64,000 bases of DNA. Origin: Escherichia coli (GTDB lineage: Bacteria; Pseudomonadota; Gammaproteobacteria; Enterobacterales; Enterobacteriaceae). Positions within the stretch are counted from its first letter, which is position 1; each line of letters begins with the position of its first letter. Position numbers and translations under genes: made by a program. Shown one piece after another: positions 9,532 to 21,051 of this stretch. Where the stretch lies: the NCBI RefSeq assembly GCF_016903815.1, contig NZ_CP069973.1. One strand, written 5' to 3'. The notes beneath the pieces are model-generated. The model worked only from the letters and a program-made list of their open reading frames with translations. It was not told where the DNA came from and made no database searches.

Positions 9532-11912
9532 TAGATTGACTCCCCCACCTGAGCATCAGTCAATGCCTTGTGCCATATTCTGAAATTCCTGACATGACCA
9601 AATAAATGACGTAACCCGGCTGTAGTCTGGCCTCCAATACGGATAATTGCGGTGTTCTGAATACAGGACCATGTGGTTTTTGTTTCGCTGGATATATGCC
9701 CGTTACTTACTGAGCACGTAGACTGCTCTGACTTTACACGCATCCCCATAACCATTTTTTCAAGCGATGCGTTTTCGTTTACCCGTCTGTTAGCTCCTCC
9801 AATATCGCAATAAGGAAATCCGTCGTAATCTGTTGAACGACCGAAGCCAAGAATAATAGCCGCTCCGGTTTGATGACCGCCGGTATCAAAAACACGTGGC
9901 GCTGCATTTGGCGTTTTATACCAGTTCTTATGTACCTCACAAAGAACCGTAAAAGGAAGATTATAAAGATTATTCTTAATTGGAACTGTAACTATATCGC
10001 TTGCGCGGGTCGCCGCCGTCGCTCCTGATATAATAAAAGATGATACACAAGGCCCATCTTCTACTTGTGGGGTGGCCAGATAAATATAGTCACCAGATAC
10101 GGTTGCCCCGCTCTGCTTAGGAGAATACTGTATCTGAGAGCCTATTTTTAACTCCCCATCAATTGCCTGAATTGTTGCCTCTGCAAAAATCCATCCGGTA
10201 GCTTCGTCCTTTCTGACTCTCGCTGTAATCCTTGAGGCAGCACCGCCTGTCATATTAATTTCAAGCGTTTGTGTATCAATATACGCATCACCAAGAAAAG
10301 TTGTTGCGCTACCGTCATATTTATCAAACCGGATACGCAACCTTACCTGCAGTTCTGTTTTAAAACGACATGAGGTTGTCACGTGTTTATTATCGCCTGA
10401 GACATCAACTGACTTTGTTGCAGCAATTGATGCCATATTAATGGCTGAGGTTTGCCCAATCAGAGAATCGTTGCAGACAAACTTTCCATAGGTAAAACCA
10501 AAATTATCCGTCCCTGTTTCGGGCACATCCATATTTGACGATCGCCCCCAACTGGCAGGGCTTTCCGAATTGAGCATGTAGTTTGTTCTTTGCCCCTCAA
10601 TAAGCAGGCCATCACGTTCAAATCGTGGCTCGTCAATGGCAGCCTCTGTCAGCACACCAGATTTGTTAATATAGGTTGCTTTCGATGCACGTTTAAACTT
10701 AACAACCTTGTCGCCAGGCATCGTTATTTCATCATCACCAATAACAATTTTTTTATATGATGGCGAAAAGCCCGTAATCATATCCAGCGAATCGTTAAAT
10801 GGTATCCACACATCAGGCAGCGGCTGTAAGACATATTTATACGGCTCCGCAGCCTGGCTTGCGTACTCTCTGGCTGCATCTTCGCTTGCTTTAGCTGCCG
10901 TCTGGCTTGCTGCCGATGCTTTCGCTGAGTTCGCAGCCGCTGTTTCGCTCACCTTTGCGTTGGTTTCACTGGTTTTTGCTGCTTTTTGACTGTTAGCTGA
11001 TGCAGTGGCAGAAGCAGCCGCCGCGCTTGCAGAACTGGCTGCGGCACTCTCGCTTTGGGCCGCTGCATCCTGACTGCTTTTCGCCGCAGTTTCACTGGCT
11101 TTGGCATTCGTTTCGCTGGTCTTCGCTGCCGTCTGGCTGGACTTTGCGTTAGTTTCACTCGTCTTCGCAGCTTTCTGGCTGTTAGCCGCAGCAGTTGCTG
11201 ATCCAGCTGCTGAAGTCGCAGAACCGGCTGCCGCGCTCTCGCTTTCAGCTGCTGCAGCCTGGCTGTTTTTTGCCGCAGTTTCACTGGCTTTGGCATTCGT
11301 TTCGCTGGTTTTCGCTGCCGTCTGGCTGGACTTTGCGTTGGTTTCGCTCGTCTTTGCGGCTGTCTCACTGTTTTTCGCGTTGGTTTCTGATTTTTTGGCT
11401 GCTGTCGCAGAGTTTGCCGATGCAGTCTTTGAGGTCGCTGCCGCCTGTGCACTATTAGCTGCATTCGTTTCTGAGGTTTTCGCCGCGTTCTTCGATGATG
11501 CCGCTGCAGTTTCGGATTTCTTTGCCGCCGCTGCGCTCTGAGAGGCGGCTTCGGCGTTGCGTGCCACTTCTTCCACCATTGCCTCAAAACGACGCAATGC
11601 CTCCGGCATGACATCCTCTTCCGTCATGGCACCGAGAAAATCATTCAGCGTACCTGGTCTGGAGCCTTCATAGACGGTAATGGTCCCGGCATGTGAAGGC
11701 GGAAAACCTTCAACCAGCAGGATGACGCTGTACTGGCCATGCTCAACATCCATGCTGTAACGCCCGGCTTCATCCGGATTTTCAGAGGCCACCGTGTTCA
11801 CCAGTACCGTGGTGCTGTTACGCTTTGCCTTCAGTTGAATAGTGCAGTTCTGTATTGGTTTTCCCGCACAATCTTTCAGCACACCTGAGATTTTTACTGC
11901 TGCCATATCCAC
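9531..11912 (-). CDS. stf: Side tail fiber protein (lambda Stf-like N-terminus, repetitive central region)
   Basis: 793-aa ORF; N-terminus MDMAAVKISGVLKDCAGKPIQNCTIQLKAK... like lambdoid Stf; central Ala/Ser/Thr-rich degenerate repeats (AAKTSETNAKSS...). Confidence 0.8.
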   Translation of the reverse strand: MDMAAVKISGVLKDCAGKPIQNCTIQLKAKRNSTTVLVNTVASENPDEAGRYSMDVEHGQYSVILLVEGFPPSHAGTITVYEGSRPGTLNDFLGAMTEEDVMPEALRRFEAMVEEVARNAEAASQSAAAAKKSETAAASSKNAAKTSETNAANSAQAAATSKTASANSATAAKKSETNAKNSETAAKTSETNAKSSQTAAKTSETNAKASETAAKNSQAAAAESESAAAGSATSAAGSATAAANSQKAAKTSETNAKSSQTAAKTSETNAKASETAAKSSQDAAAQSESAAASSASAAAASATASANSQKAAKTSETNAKVSETAAANSAKASAASQTAAKASEDAAREYASQAAEPYKYVLQPLPDVWIPFNDSLDMITGFSPSYKKIVIGDDEITMPGDKVVKFKRASKATYINKSGVLTEAAIDEPRFERDGLLIEGQRTNYMLNSESPASWGRSSNMDVPETGTDNFGFTYGKFVCNDSLIGQTSAINMASIAATKSVDVSGDNKHVTTSCRFKTELQVRLRIRFDKYDGSATTFLGDAYIDTQTLEINMTGGAASRITARVRKDEATGWIFAEATIQAIDGELKIGSQIQYSPKQSGATVSGDYIYLATPQVEDGPCVSSFIISGATAATRASDIVTVPIKNNLYNLPFTVLCEVHKNWYKTPNAAPRVFDTGGHQTGAAIILGFGRSTDYDGFPYCDIGGANRRVNENASLEKMVMGMRVKSEQSTCSVSNGHISSETKTTWSCIQNTAIIRIGGQTTAGLRHLFGHVRNFRIWHKALTDAQVGESI
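10850..11560. repeat. Degenerate tandem coding repeats inside stf
   Basis: Repeated gcagcc/gctgcc-rich units encoding AAKTSETNAK-type repeats; they generate spurious ORFs on the opposite strand. Confidence 0.6.
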
Positions 11913-11970
11913 TCCACAAAAAAGCCCGCCTGAACCGGCGGGCTGTCATAACACTGTGTTACCTGGCTAA

Positions 11971-12570
11971 TCAGAATTTATAACCGACACCCACGATGAA
12001 ACCGTCAGTGCGCCAGTCACCACTGCCGGAGCCTTCATAAGCAATATCAATGGCCACGGATTCGGTCGGGTTAAACTGCACGCCAGCCCCCCACGCCAGA
12101 GACGTGTTGCTGTGGCGACCGTCATCACTTCCGGTCAGCACATCGTGCGTTTTCCCCTTGCTGTCAGTTACGCGGAGATAATCCCCGGAAAAAGTTGAAA
12201 CACGGCTGTAAGCCACACCTGCCATCGCATAAGCACTGAACCATTCATTCACGCGTACAGACGGCCCCGCCATCATGCTGAACCAGCGGTTACGCACTGA
12301 ATCTTCATGCCAGCGGGTATCGCTGTAATGCGTTTTTTGCTCATCTTTGGCATTGGCATAACTGAATGACGTCACCAGCCCCAGCGTGTCCGTAAATTCA
12401 TAACGGTATTTCACGTTAATGCCCTTCAGGTCATCGTTGCCGGGCATATCAGTATGGGTCTGAAGATACCCGGCGCTTAGTGTGGACTGATGCTCTGCTG
12501 CGCTCGCTGGCGTACCAGCGGCGACCAGCCAGACTACTGTGGACAGAATAACAGCACATAATTTACGCAT
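11971..12570 (-). CDS. lom: Outer membrane protein Lom (Ail/Lom family)
   Basis: 199-aa ORF with signal peptide, beta-barrel pattern and C-terminal ...GVGYKF; position after J as in lambda. Confidence 0.85.
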   Translation of the reverse strand: MRKLCAVILSTVVWLVAAGTPASAAEHQSTLSAGYLQTHTDMPGNDDLKGINVKYRYEFTDTLGLVTSFSYANAKDEQKTHYSDTRWHEDSVRNRWFSMMAGPSVRVNEWFSAYAMAGVAYSRVSTFSGDYLRVTDSKGKTHDVLTGSDDGRHSNTSLAWGAGVQFNPTESVAIDIAYEGSGSGDWRTDGFIVGVGYKF

Positions 12571-12637
12571 AATTACCTCTCGCTTTTCTGCAATAAAAAA
12601 GGCGCCATTTCTGGCGCCCGTATCTGGGTTATAAAAT

Positions 12638-15600
12638 TCAGCTAATCGTGATGCCTGCAGTGGCTTTCTTCATCACAACAACCAGCAAATCGCTGATACT
12701 TGCTGTGGGATACCAGCCATTTACCCACCATGCTGATACAGAAAACTCCAGTGTCATTACGCCACTGCCTGCAGGCATATCAATAACACCCGTGTAAATC
12801 AGAGTATTATCCAGAGCCGTTCGGTTATAAATTTCAGCCCCGTTTTTCTTCACTATCAGGCGGCATGACGAATAAGTATCGCTATTCTCCCGTTCATGTC
12901 TGGCACCGCTGAAAGCCACCGCTGGAATAACAATTTGCCGGTCAAACGGCTGATCGTCATAAACCCTGACGGTAATGGTCCCTGATGGCCACCGCTCCGG
13001 TGCACGGGAGTCCCGGGGGAAAGCTTTGCCCACTGTTTTAACGAGATCGCCTTCAATCTGGTTCGCGGACAGTTTTCCCAGAACCCGACAGTTCTCGTTA
13101 ATCGTGACGTTGTTGAGCGTCCCGGAGTTCGCATTCACGCTACCGCTGATATCGGCATTTTTCGCCGTCAGTCGCCCGTCCGGTGTCAGGGAAAATGCCG
13201 GAGGATTACCGCCGCTGGTAATGGTGGGAGCCGTCAGATATTTCAGGAACACTTCATTCATGAATATCTGATCGCCCTGACCAACAAACATCGGCTTTGT
13301 GTTGCCATTCGCAGGATTAATCATCGCAATCCTGTCCGCCGCCAGCAGCACCTGACTCTGCATGCCGTCGGGGGTGTTCTCAATACCGGCACCGATACCC
13401 GCAATATAAAGGCGTCCGTCCTGCATCTGCTGCAGCTTCACTGCCCACATGCTGTTCAGGTTATTATTTGTATCAACCTGAACCTTCTGTATCTGCTGGA
13501 TCGCTGCACTCTGGTCTTCCAGTTTCTTATTGACGGTCTGCGTGATTTCATTGCTGACATCCGTAATGGACGTCCTGATTTCAGCCAGGTCAGGCGCAAG
13601 CTGACCGTTATCAATCTGCGTCCACAGCTCCTGAGCCAGATGGGTTTTCCCTATCTCGCCTTTGAAAAAATCCAGATAGCCGGATGCATCATCACTCGGC
13701 TGACCAACAGCCTCCACGAATGCCGATTTGCCAACGGTGTTCACACTGCGAACGTAAAAATAATAATCATGGCCCGGTTTGATATTGATACTGGCGGCTA
13801 TCCAGTACAGCCCCGTGCCAAGATAGCTGGCTGTGGTTTCAACCTGCCTGATATCGGTAATCCGCTTTTCCGAGAACCAGAACTCAAACTGTACCGTCGG
13901 GTCATAAACGGCAAGATGCGGCGTGGCGGTTATCTGAAAATACCCCGGCGTCAGCTCAATCCGCGACGGTGCTACCGGTGCGGCAATCCGGAACGATACC
14001 GACGCCGGATCGCCCTGCTGTCCCCACGCATTTACCGCCCGGACTGTCAGCGTGTACCGCCCCAGCGCCAGTTGCGTGAAGCGGTATGTGGTTTCCGTCG
14101 TCCGGGCCGTGCTGACCAGCCGCTCACTGCCGTCATCCGCTGCCACGGTCAGGCGAAGCAGGAAGCTCACGCCCTTCACCACCTTCGGCGTGTCCCAGCG
14201 CGCCAGCACCTGATATTCCCCGCTGTCTGCGGTGACTTCGGCGGTCAGGTGCTGCACCGCTGGCGGCGTGACACCATTCACCGTGCCGCTCTGGTCGCCG
14301 TCAAAGTGCGCCCCGTTATCCACGATGGCTTCTTTTTCCGGTACATGCTGCACGGCAGTGATGGCATACGTGCCGTCATCGTTCTCACGGATACTCACAC
14401 AGCGGAACAGGCGCTGGCGCAGCGTCGGCAGCTTCAGCCCCCACACACTGTATTCTGCAACGCCGTCAGGAACCCGGTTCACTTTCACCTTAAGTCCGTC
14501 GGTGACGGACTGAACCTCCACGCTGACCGGATTACCACTTCCGTCAACCAGGCTTATCAGCGTGGTACCGGAGGATGGCAGCGTGATTTCACGGTCGAGC
14601 GTCAGCGTCCGGGTCTGGCTGTTCACCGCCAGCACGCGACCACCGGTGCTGATACCGGCATAGTCATCATCACAGATTTCAATGACATCGCCCGGTACAT
14701 GGCGAAGCCCTTCGGCACCCACGCTGAAGTCCACGGTCTGCGTTTCCAGCAGTTCCGTTTTAATCAGCCACAGCCCGGCGCGGTGCGCCTGCCCCCGGCT
14801 GGTACAGCCAAAGGCATCCATCTTCGTGACGTTACGACCGTAACGGAGAATGGCCTGCGTATCTTCAACAAGCTCTGTCGCCGTCTCCCAGCCGTTATCC
14901 GGGTCAATCCAGTTCACCTCAACGGCATTATGGCGGTCCTTCAGGGCGCTGAAGCTGTAGCGGAACGGCGCGCCATCATCCGGCATCACCACATTACTGT
15001 GGTTATAGGTCCACACCTTATCCGACGGTCGGTCCTGCACGAACGTCAGCGTCTGCCCGTTCCATACCAGCATACAGCGCATCGCCGAACAGAAATCACT
15101 GAGCACATCCCACGCCTTGCGCTGTGTGGTCAGGTACGCATTACAGGTGATGCGCGGCTCCGTGCCGCCAAAGCCGTCCGGCACTGACTGGTCGCAGTAC
15201 TGGCCGATGACATACAGCGCCCATTTGTCCACATCCGCCGCACCAAGACGTTTCCCCATGCCGTAGCGTGGATGGGTCAGCATATCCCACAGACACCAGG
15301 CCATGTTATTGCTGTATGCTGGCTTAAACGTTCCGTCCCAGATACCGCTGTATTGCCGAGTCTGCGGGTTATAGTTCGATGGCACCTGCAGAATGCGCCC
15401 GCGAAGATGATAATTACGGCTCACCTGCTGGCTGCCGAACTGTTCCGAGTCCACCTGCACGCCGACCAGTGCCGTGTTCGGGTAGCACTGTTTCACATCG
15501 ATGATTTCAGTGTATGACGACCAGAGCGTTTTGTTCTGCAGCTGGTCTGTGGTGCTGTCCGGCGTCATCCTGCGCATCCGGATATTAAACGGGCGCGGCG

Positions 15601-16117
15601 GCAGGTTATCCACCACAACCGAGGCCAGATACTGTGAAGTGGTTTTACCCTTAATGGTGATGTCTTTTTCCGTCACCCAGCCACCGTTACGTTGTATCTG
15701 AACCAGCAGGCGGACTTCCGATGGATTCCTGTCCCCCTTTGAGGTGGTTTCCACCAGTGCCTGCACGCCGAAAGTAAAACGCAGACGGTCAATGTTTGCC
15801 GACGTGATGGTCCGGGTTATCGGCGTGTCATATTTCACTTCTGTACCGAGCACCGTCTCGGAGCCGGAGGATTCAAATCCCTCCGGCGGTGTCTGCTCCT
15901 GCTCACCGGCCCGGAACACCACCGTGACGCCGGATATATTGGTATTCCCCTCACTGTCCAGCACCGGCGTACTGTTCAGCAGCACGCTTTTTAATCCATC
16001 CACCGGACCTTCAACCGGCCCTTCGCTGATGGCATCGATCACACTCAGCAGCTGCGTGGACTTCAGGTTGTCCTTCGCTTCGCGCGGGGTATGCCCCTTA
16101 CTGCTGCCTTTACCCAT
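12638..16117 (-). CDS. J: Tail tip host specificity protein J
   Basis: 1159-aa ORF collinear with lambda gpJ, following I. Confidence 0.9.
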   Translation of the reverse strand: MGKGSSKGHTPREAKDNLKSTQLLSVIDAISEGPVEGPVDGLKSVLLNSTPVLDSEGNTNISGVTVVFRAGEQEQTPPEGFESSGSETVLGTEVKYDTPITRTITSANIDRLRFTFGVQALVETTSKGDRNPSEVRLLVQIQRNGGWVTEKDITIKGKTTSQYLASVVVDNLPPRPFNIRMRRMTPDSTTDQLQNKTLWSSYTEIIDVKQCYPNTALVGVQVDSEQFGSQQVSRNYHLRGRILQVPSNYNPQTRQYSGIWDGTFKPAYSNNMAWCLWDMLTHPRYGMGKRLGAADVDKWALYVIGQYCDQSVPDGFGGTEPRITCNAYLTTQRKAWDVLSDFCSAMRCMLVWNGQTLTFVQDRPSDKVWTYNHSNVVMPDDGAPFRYSFSALKDRHNAVEVNWIDPDNGWETATELVEDTQAILRYGRNVTKMDAFGCTSRGQAHRAGLWLIKTELLETQTVDFSVGAEGLRHVPGDVIEICDDDYAGISTGGRVLAVNSQTRTLTLDREITLPSSGTTLISLVDGSGNPVSVEVQSVTDGLKVKVNRVPDGVAEYSVWGLKLPTLRQRLFRCVSIRENDDGTYAITAVQHVPEKEAIVDNGAHFDGDQSGTVNGVTPPAVQHLTAEVTADSGEYQVLARWDTPKVVKGVSFLLRLTVAADDGSERLVSTARTTETTYRFTQLALGRYTLTVRAVNAWGQQGDPASVSFRIAAPVAPSRIELTPGYFQITATPHLAVYDPTVQFEFWFSEKRITDIRQVETTASYLGTGLYWIAASINIKPGHDYYFYVRSVNTVGKSAFVEAVGQPSDDASGYLDFFKGEIGKTHLAQELWTQIDNGQLAPDLAEIRTSITDVSNEITQTVNKKLEDQSAAIQQIQKVQVDTNNNLNSMWAVKLQQMQDGRLYIAGIGAGIENTPDGMQSQVLLAADRIAMINPANGNTKPMFVGQGDQIFMNEVFLKYLTAPTITSGGNPPAFSLTPDGRLTAKNADISGSVNANSGTLNNVTINENCRVLGKLSANQIEGDLVKTVGKAFPRDSRAPERWPSGTITVRVYDDQPFDRQIVIPAVAFSGARHERENSDTYSSCRLIVKKNGAEIYNRTALDNTLIYTGVIDMPAGSGVMTLEFSVSAWWVNGWYPTASISDLLVVVMKKATAGITIS

Positions 16118-16177
16118 TCGTCATGCTCCATAAACGATAAAACCGCCCGGAGGCGGTTTCACATAAAACATTTTGCA

Positions 16178-16819
16178 TCAGCGACCAATCACCACAACCT
16201 GACCACCATCCCCTTCGTCTGCCGTGCTGATCTCCTGAGAAACCACGCGTGACCCCACGCGCATTTCACCGTACAGAACCGGCAGAACATTGCCCTGGGC
16301 AACCATGTTATCCAGTGAAGAAAAATAGGTGTTCTGTTTGCCGTTATCCGTTGTCTGTGTGCGGGGAGTTCTGGGTTTAGGGGCCAGCATCTGTGCAACA
16401 CCGCCAAGCGTCATACTGGCACCGAGAGAAAACAGCAGATTACTCGCCATAATTCCTACCCCCGGCATCCATATAGCAACCGCCATAACAGCCGCCCCCA
16501 GCACAGCCTGAAACACACCGCCACTTTTGGCTCCTGCCAGACGCGGCACGATATGGATCACGGCACCATTTTCCAGCGGCTCATTAAGACGGGCAGACAA
16601 TTCGGTTTCACCTGCATCACGCCCGGCAATGCGTACCTGGTACCAGCCGTCGCTCAGTTTCTGACGAAATGCCGGGATCTGCATGGCCAGCGCCCGGATG
16701 GCTTCGGCCCCCGTTTTCACTCGAAGGTCGATGCGGCGGCCAAATCGTTGTAAATCCCCGTAAAGGCAGATGCGTGCCATGCCCGGTGACGCCAGAGGGA
16801 GTGTGTGCGTCGCTGCCAT
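16178..16819 (-). CDS. I: Tail assembly protein I
   Basis: 213-aa ORF, lambda gpI-like, overlapping K as in lambda. Confidence 0.85.
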   Translation of the reverse strand: MAATHTLPLASPGMARICLYGDLQRFGRRIDLRVKTGAEAIRALAMQIPAFRQKLSDGWYQVRIAGRDAGETELSARLNEPLENGAVIHIVPRLAGAKSGGVFQAVLGAAVMAVAIWMPGVGIMASNLLFSLGASMTLGGVAQMLAPKPRTPRTQTTDNGKQNTYFSSLDNMVAQGNVLPVLYGEMRVGSRVVSQEISTADEGDGGQVVVIGR

Positions 16820-17460
16820 TTGTCGGTGTACCTCTCTCGTTTGCTCAGTTGTTCAGGAATATGGTGCAGCAGCTCGCTGTCACCACAGTAAATGGCGGCA
16901 TGATTCGGCACCGATGAACCAAAACAGCACAGCAGCACATCGCCCGGCTGCGCCGCTGACAGCGGCACCTGATACAGCCCTGCGGCCTCCAGATTATCCA
17001 GATAGAGATTCTGACCGTTACGCCACCAGTCATCCTCACGATGAAAATCCGGCATCTCAATCCCCGCCAGATGGTAAGCATCCCGGAACAGCGTGTAACA
17101 GTCCGTCACCCCGTGCTCAAAGAGCCGCCCGGTGAGATGCGGCACACAGCGGAATTTATGAATCGCCCCCCGGCAGACCAGCCACCACGGCAAATCACTC
17201 TGCACCTGCAACCGCCGGTCGGCCTCACTCAGCCAGGGCAGACCACCGGGATGGCTGTGCACCAGCGCCACAATCTCACCCTGCATTTCTGCCCGCAGCC
17301 AGTCCTCCGGCGACATCCGGAAATACGCCTCCGGCTCACCGGAGATATTTACGCAGGGAAGATATCTGTCTCCCTCCGGCGTTCTCACCACAAAGCCGCA
17401 CGACTCCGCTGGCGCACATCGCCGGGCGTGCGCCAGAATCGCTGATTCTGTCTCTGTCAT
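16717..17460 (-). CDS. K: Tail assembly protein K (NlpC/P60 and JAB-like)
   Basis: MTETESAILAHARRCAPAESCGFV... with HSHP motif; lambda gpK-like. Confidence 0.85.
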   Translation of the reverse strand: MTETESAILAHARRCAPAESCGFVVRTPEGDRYLPCVNISGEPEAYFRMSPEDWLRAEMQGEIVALVHSHPGGLPWLSEADRRLQVQSDLPWWLVCRGAIHKFRCVPHLTGRLFEHGVTDCYTLFRDAYHLAGIEMPDFHREDDWWRNGQNLYLDNLEAAGLYQVPLSAAQPGDVLLCCFGSSVPNHAAIYCGDSELLHHIPEQLSKRERYTDKWQRRTHSLWRHRAWHASAFTGIYNDLAAASTFE

Positions 17461-17465
17461 GGGAT

Positions 17466-18164
17466 TTACTGCGAAAGTTTGTTAATGGAAAGGAAGCCGC
17501 CAAAGTTGCCGACGTTATTGCGAAACTTACAGCCACTCAGGCATTTGCTGCATTTATCCTTCGTGATATCGGTTGTCGGCTGGTCATATTCATCCGCGAC
17601 AGCCGGACCGTGATAACCGCACTCATCACCGCGATAGGTCCAGGTGCAGGTGTTGGCCAGCATGATACGTCCCGGAAAAACAGCGCCATCCGTTTCCGTC
17701 GGCGTGGACAGTACAAAGGAGGCACTGACCGCGCTCAGTTCGCTGCACTGCTCGATGCGCCAGCGGCTGATCACCTCCTGCTCCGGATCGGCGTCGCTGT
17801 TTCCGTTGACGAAGTTCACCGCATCCAGAAAACGGGCATAAACCTTACGCCTGACCACCGTTCCGCCGACCAGACTCTGCAGGTCTTCCGCCATCCCGGT
17901 GACCATACCGTACAGGTTAGAAACCGTCAGCGTGGGGCGCGTACTGGTACCTTTGCCATTCAGTTCGAAACCACTCCCCTGAATGGGATACGCCTGATAC
18001 TGTCGCCCCTGCCAGGTGACCGGCTCACCTTTTTCGTTCTGCTCATTACAGAAAAAATAACGTTCTCCACCAACCTCTGTCAGATCGATTTCCCAGAGCA
18101 CCACGCAGGCAGACTGCTCCGCACGGGTGCATTCATTCAGTGTTTCCTGTCGGATATCCTGCAT
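17466..18164 (-). CDS. L: Minor tail protein L
   Basis: 232-aa ORF, lambda gpL-like, with Cys cluster near the C-terminus. Confidence 0.9.
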   Translation of the reverse strand: MQDIRQETLNECTRAEQSACVVLWEIDLTEVGGERYFFCNEQNEKGEPVTWQGRQYQAYPIQGSGFELNGKGTSTRPTLTVSNLYGMVTGMAEDLQSLVGGTVVRRKVYARFLDAVNFVNGNSDADPEQEVISRWRIEQCSELSAVSASFVLSTPTETDGAVFPGRIMLANTCTWTYRGDECGYHGPAVADEYDQPTTDITKDKCSKCLSGCKFRNNVGNFGGFLSINKLSQ

Positions 18165-18493
18165 CAGTTCACCACCTGTTCAAACTCTGCGCTGAACTCA
18201 ACACGCAGCATACTGACCCGCGACGACCATTTTGCGCAGGTCACCTTTATCTGCCGCCACTCATAAGGCGGCGTCCACAGAAAGGCTTTCCAGCCCCCGT
18301 GCTCTTCCAGAAACGACTCCAGTACCGTGGCCTCCTCACGGGGGACAGAAAGCGTCACGCTGTACGTTTTCAGGTTGGCATTCAGCCCGGCAGGCGCTCG
18401 CTGGGAATAGCCATCACCAAAGCGCACCTTTCTTACAGAAGGGGCCGAAGCCACATCCATACCGGGTTTCACTTTCCAGCGGAAGGTTTTCAT
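18164..18493 (-). CDS. M: Minor tail protein M
   Basis: 109-aa ORF, lambda gpM-like, between H and L. Confidence 0.9.
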   Translation of the reverse strand: MKTFRWKVKPGMDVASAPSVRKVRFGDGYSQRAPAGLNANLKTYSVTLSVPREEATVLESFLEEHGGWKAFLWTPPYEWRQIKVTCAKWSSRVSMLRVEFSAEFEQVVN

Positions 18494-21051
18494 CGTCCAC
18501 CTCCGGAGAACAGGCCACCATCACGCATCTGTGTCTGAATTTCATCACGGGCACCCTTGCGGGCCATGTCATACACTGCCTTCATCATCTGTGGACCTGG
18601 CAGACCATTCGTACCGTCGTTCTGAATCACCACGTGATTGTTCTGATTAAAATTAATGCCTTCAGCCCGCCGCATCTGCGCCGGACTTCCGGCACCGCCC
18701 ACATAACCACCTTCCGCATAGCCCCGCATCAGGCGGTACAGGTTGCCGACACCAATCCGGCTGGTTGCCTCCTTCGTGAAGACAAATTCACCACGGTGAA
18801 CAATCCCCGCTGGCTCATATTTGCCGCCGGTTCCCGTAAATCCCCCGGTCGCAAAATGGAATTTCGCCGCAGCGGCCTGAATGGCTGTACCGCCTGACGC
18901 GGATGCTCCACCACTGGCAGCACCGCCAATGGCGCTGCCGATACTCCCGACAATCCCCACCATTGCCTGCTTAAGCAGAATTTCTGTCATCATGGACAGC
19001 ACGGAACGGGTGAAGCTGCGCCAGTTCTGCTCACTGCCGGTCAGCATCGCCGCCATATTCTGTGCAATACCATCAAAGGTCTGCGTGGCTGCACTTTTAA
19101 CCTGCGACATACTGTCCGTGGCGCTCTCTTCCCACTCACTCCAGCCGGACTTCAGGCCTGCCATCCAGTTCCCGCGAAGCTGGTCTTCAGCCGCCCAGGT
19201 CTTTTTCTGCTCTGACATGACGTTATTCAGCGCCAGCGGATTATCGCCATACTGTTCCTTCAGGCGCTGTTCCGTGGCTTCCCGTTCTGCCTGCCGGTCA
19301 GTCAGCCCCCGGCTTTTCGCATCAATGGCGGCCCGTTTTGCCCGTTGCTGCTGTGCGAATTTATCCGCCTGCTGCGCCAGCGCGTTCAGGCGCTCCTGAT
19401 ACGTAACCTTGTCGCCAAGTGCAGCCAGCTGGCGTTTGTACTCCAGCGTCTCATCTTTATGCGCCAGCAGGGATTTCTCCTGTGCAGACAGCTGGCGACG
19501 TTGCGCCGCCTCCTCCAGTACCGCGAACTGACTCTCCGCCTTCCACAAATCCCGGCGCTGCTGGCTGATTTTCTCATTTGCTCCGGCATGCTTCTCCAGC
19601 GTCCGGAGTTCAGCCTGAAGCGTCAGCAGGGCAGCATGAGCATTGTCTTCCTGACGATCGCCCGCAGACACCTTCACGCCGGACTGTTTCGGCTTTTTCA
19701 GCGTCGCTTCATAATCCTTTTTCGCCGCCGCCATCAGCGTGTTGTAATCTGCCTGCAGAATTTTCCCGTCCTTCAGTGCCTTATTCAGTTCTTCCTGACG
19801 GGCGGTATATTTCTCCAGCGGCGTCTGCAGCCGTTCGTAAGCCTTCTGCGCCTCTTCGGTATATTTCAGCCGTGACGCTTCGGTATCGCTCTGCTGCTGC
19901 GCATTTTTGTCCTGTTGAGTCTGCTGCTCAGCCTTCTTTCGGGCGGCTTCAAGCGCAAGACGGGCCTTTTCACGATCATCCCAGTAACGCGCCCGCGCTT
20001 CATCGTTAACAAAATAATCATCCTTGCGCAGATTCCAGATGTCGTCTGCTTTCTTAAACGCAGCCTCTGCCTTAATCAGCATCTCCTGCGCGGTATCAGG
20101 ACGACCAATATCCAGCACCGCATCCCACATGGATTTGAATGCCCGTGCAGTCCTGTCTGCCCAGGTCTCCAGCGTGCCCATGTTCTCTTTCAGGCGGCGG
20201 GTCTGGTCATCAAACCCTTTCGTTGCGGCCTCGTTCGCTGCCTGCAATGCCCCGGCCTCATCGCCGGAACGCTGCAACTGAGCAACATACGCAATCTGCT
20301 CCGCCGTCACGTTATGGAACTGGCGCGCCATCGCCGTCAGCCCCGACGTCGGGTCTGTGGTCAGCTTCCCGAAGGCTTCAGCGACCTTGTCCACCTCCAC
20401 GCCGGATGCAGAGGAGAAACGCGCCACACTCTGGCTGATGGACGCAATCTGAGCCTCACCGCTTACTCCCGCCTTAACCAGTGCGCTGAGTGACTCGCTG
20501 GTCTGGTTAAACGTCAGCCCTGCCGCCTGCCCGGCTCTGGACAGGACCAGCATACGATCTGCCGTCAGACCCGACTGATTGCCGGAAAGGACCAGCGTTT
20601 TGTTGAAATCGGACAGGGTTGAGTTGCCCTGATACCAGGCATACGCCAGCGCACCGGTCGCCACCGCCAGCGAGGTGGCCCCGACCATCGGCAGGGTGAT
20701 CGCACCGGCAAGCCCCCGGAACATGGGGATCATCCCGCCGAAGGAGTCCTTCACCTGCCCCCCCTGTTGCAGCAGGATCAGCCACGGACTTTGCCCGCCT
20801 GCAAGCTGCGTGGCCACGTCGGTGAACTGTGCAGGCAGCATACGCATGGCGGCTTTATACTGCCCGACGGAAATCCCCGCTTTCTGTGCAGCCAGCGCCT
20901 GTCGGCTCAGCGACTGTTCAACGACTGCCGCTGTTTTTTTCGCATCACTTTCCGTACCGGAAAAATGACGCCTGACTCTGGCCATCTGCTCGTCAAATCT
21001 GGCCGCATCCAGACTTAAATCAACGACCAGATCGCCTACCGGTTCAGCCAT
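18490..21051 (-). CDS. H: Tail tape measure protein H
   Basis: 853-aa ORF, same length as lambda gpH; coiled-coil rich with a Gly-rich segment. Confidence 0.9.
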   Translation of the reverse strand: MAEPVGDLVVDLSLDAARFDEQMARVRRHFSGTESDAKKTAAVVEQSLSRQALAAQKAGISVGQYKAAMRMLPAQFTDVATQLAGGQSPWLILLQQGGQVKDSFGGMIPMFRGLAGAITLPMVGATSLAVATGALAYAWYQGNSTLSDFNKTLVLSGNQSGLTADRMLVLSRAGQAAGLTFNQTSESLSALVKAGVSGEAQIASISQSVARFSSASGVEVDKVAEAFGKLTTDPTSGLTAMARQFHNVTAEQIAYVAQLQRSGDEAGALQAANEAATKGFDDQTRRLKENMGTLETWADRTARAFKSMWDAVLDIGRPDTAQEMLIKAEAAFKKADDIWNLRKDDYFVNDEARARYWDDREKARLALEAARKKAEQQTQQDKNAQQQSDTEASRLKYTEEAQKAYERLQTPLEKYTARQEELNKALKDGKILQADYNTLMAAAKKDYEATLKKPKQSGVKVSAGDRQEDNAHAALLTLQAELRTLEKHAGANEKISQQRRDLWKAESQFAVLEEAAQRRQLSAQEKSLLAHKDETLEYKRQLAALGDKVTYQERLNALAQQADKFAQQQRAKRAAIDAKSRGLTDRQAEREATEQRLKEQYGDNPLALNNVMSEQKKTWAAEDQLRGNWMAGLKSGWSEWEESATDSMSQVKSAATQTFDGIAQNMAAMLTGSEQNWRSFTRSVLSMMTEILLKQAMVGIVGSIGSAIGGAASGGASASGGTAIQAAAAKFHFATGGFTGTGGKYEPAGIVHRGEFVFTKEATSRIGVGNLYRLMRGYAEGGYVGGAGSPAQMRRAEGINFNQNNHVVIQNDGTNGLPGPQMMKAVYDMARKGARDEIQTQMRDGGLFSGGGR

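Noticed and set aside
10708-11614. Several overlapping ORFs on both strands (93 to 221 aa)
   Set aside because: Generated by the tandem repeats inside stf; low-complexity Ala- or Arg-rich translations; the minus-strand Stf frame explains the region.
13640-15187. 515-aa plus-strand ORF
   Set aside because: Lies entirely antisense within the J host-specificity gene; Arg/Pro-rich composition typical of a shadow frame in GC-rich coding DNA.
18881-20493. Chain of plus-strand ORFs (143 to 192 aa)
   Set aside because: Antisense to the tape measure gene H; no RBS and low-complexity composition.
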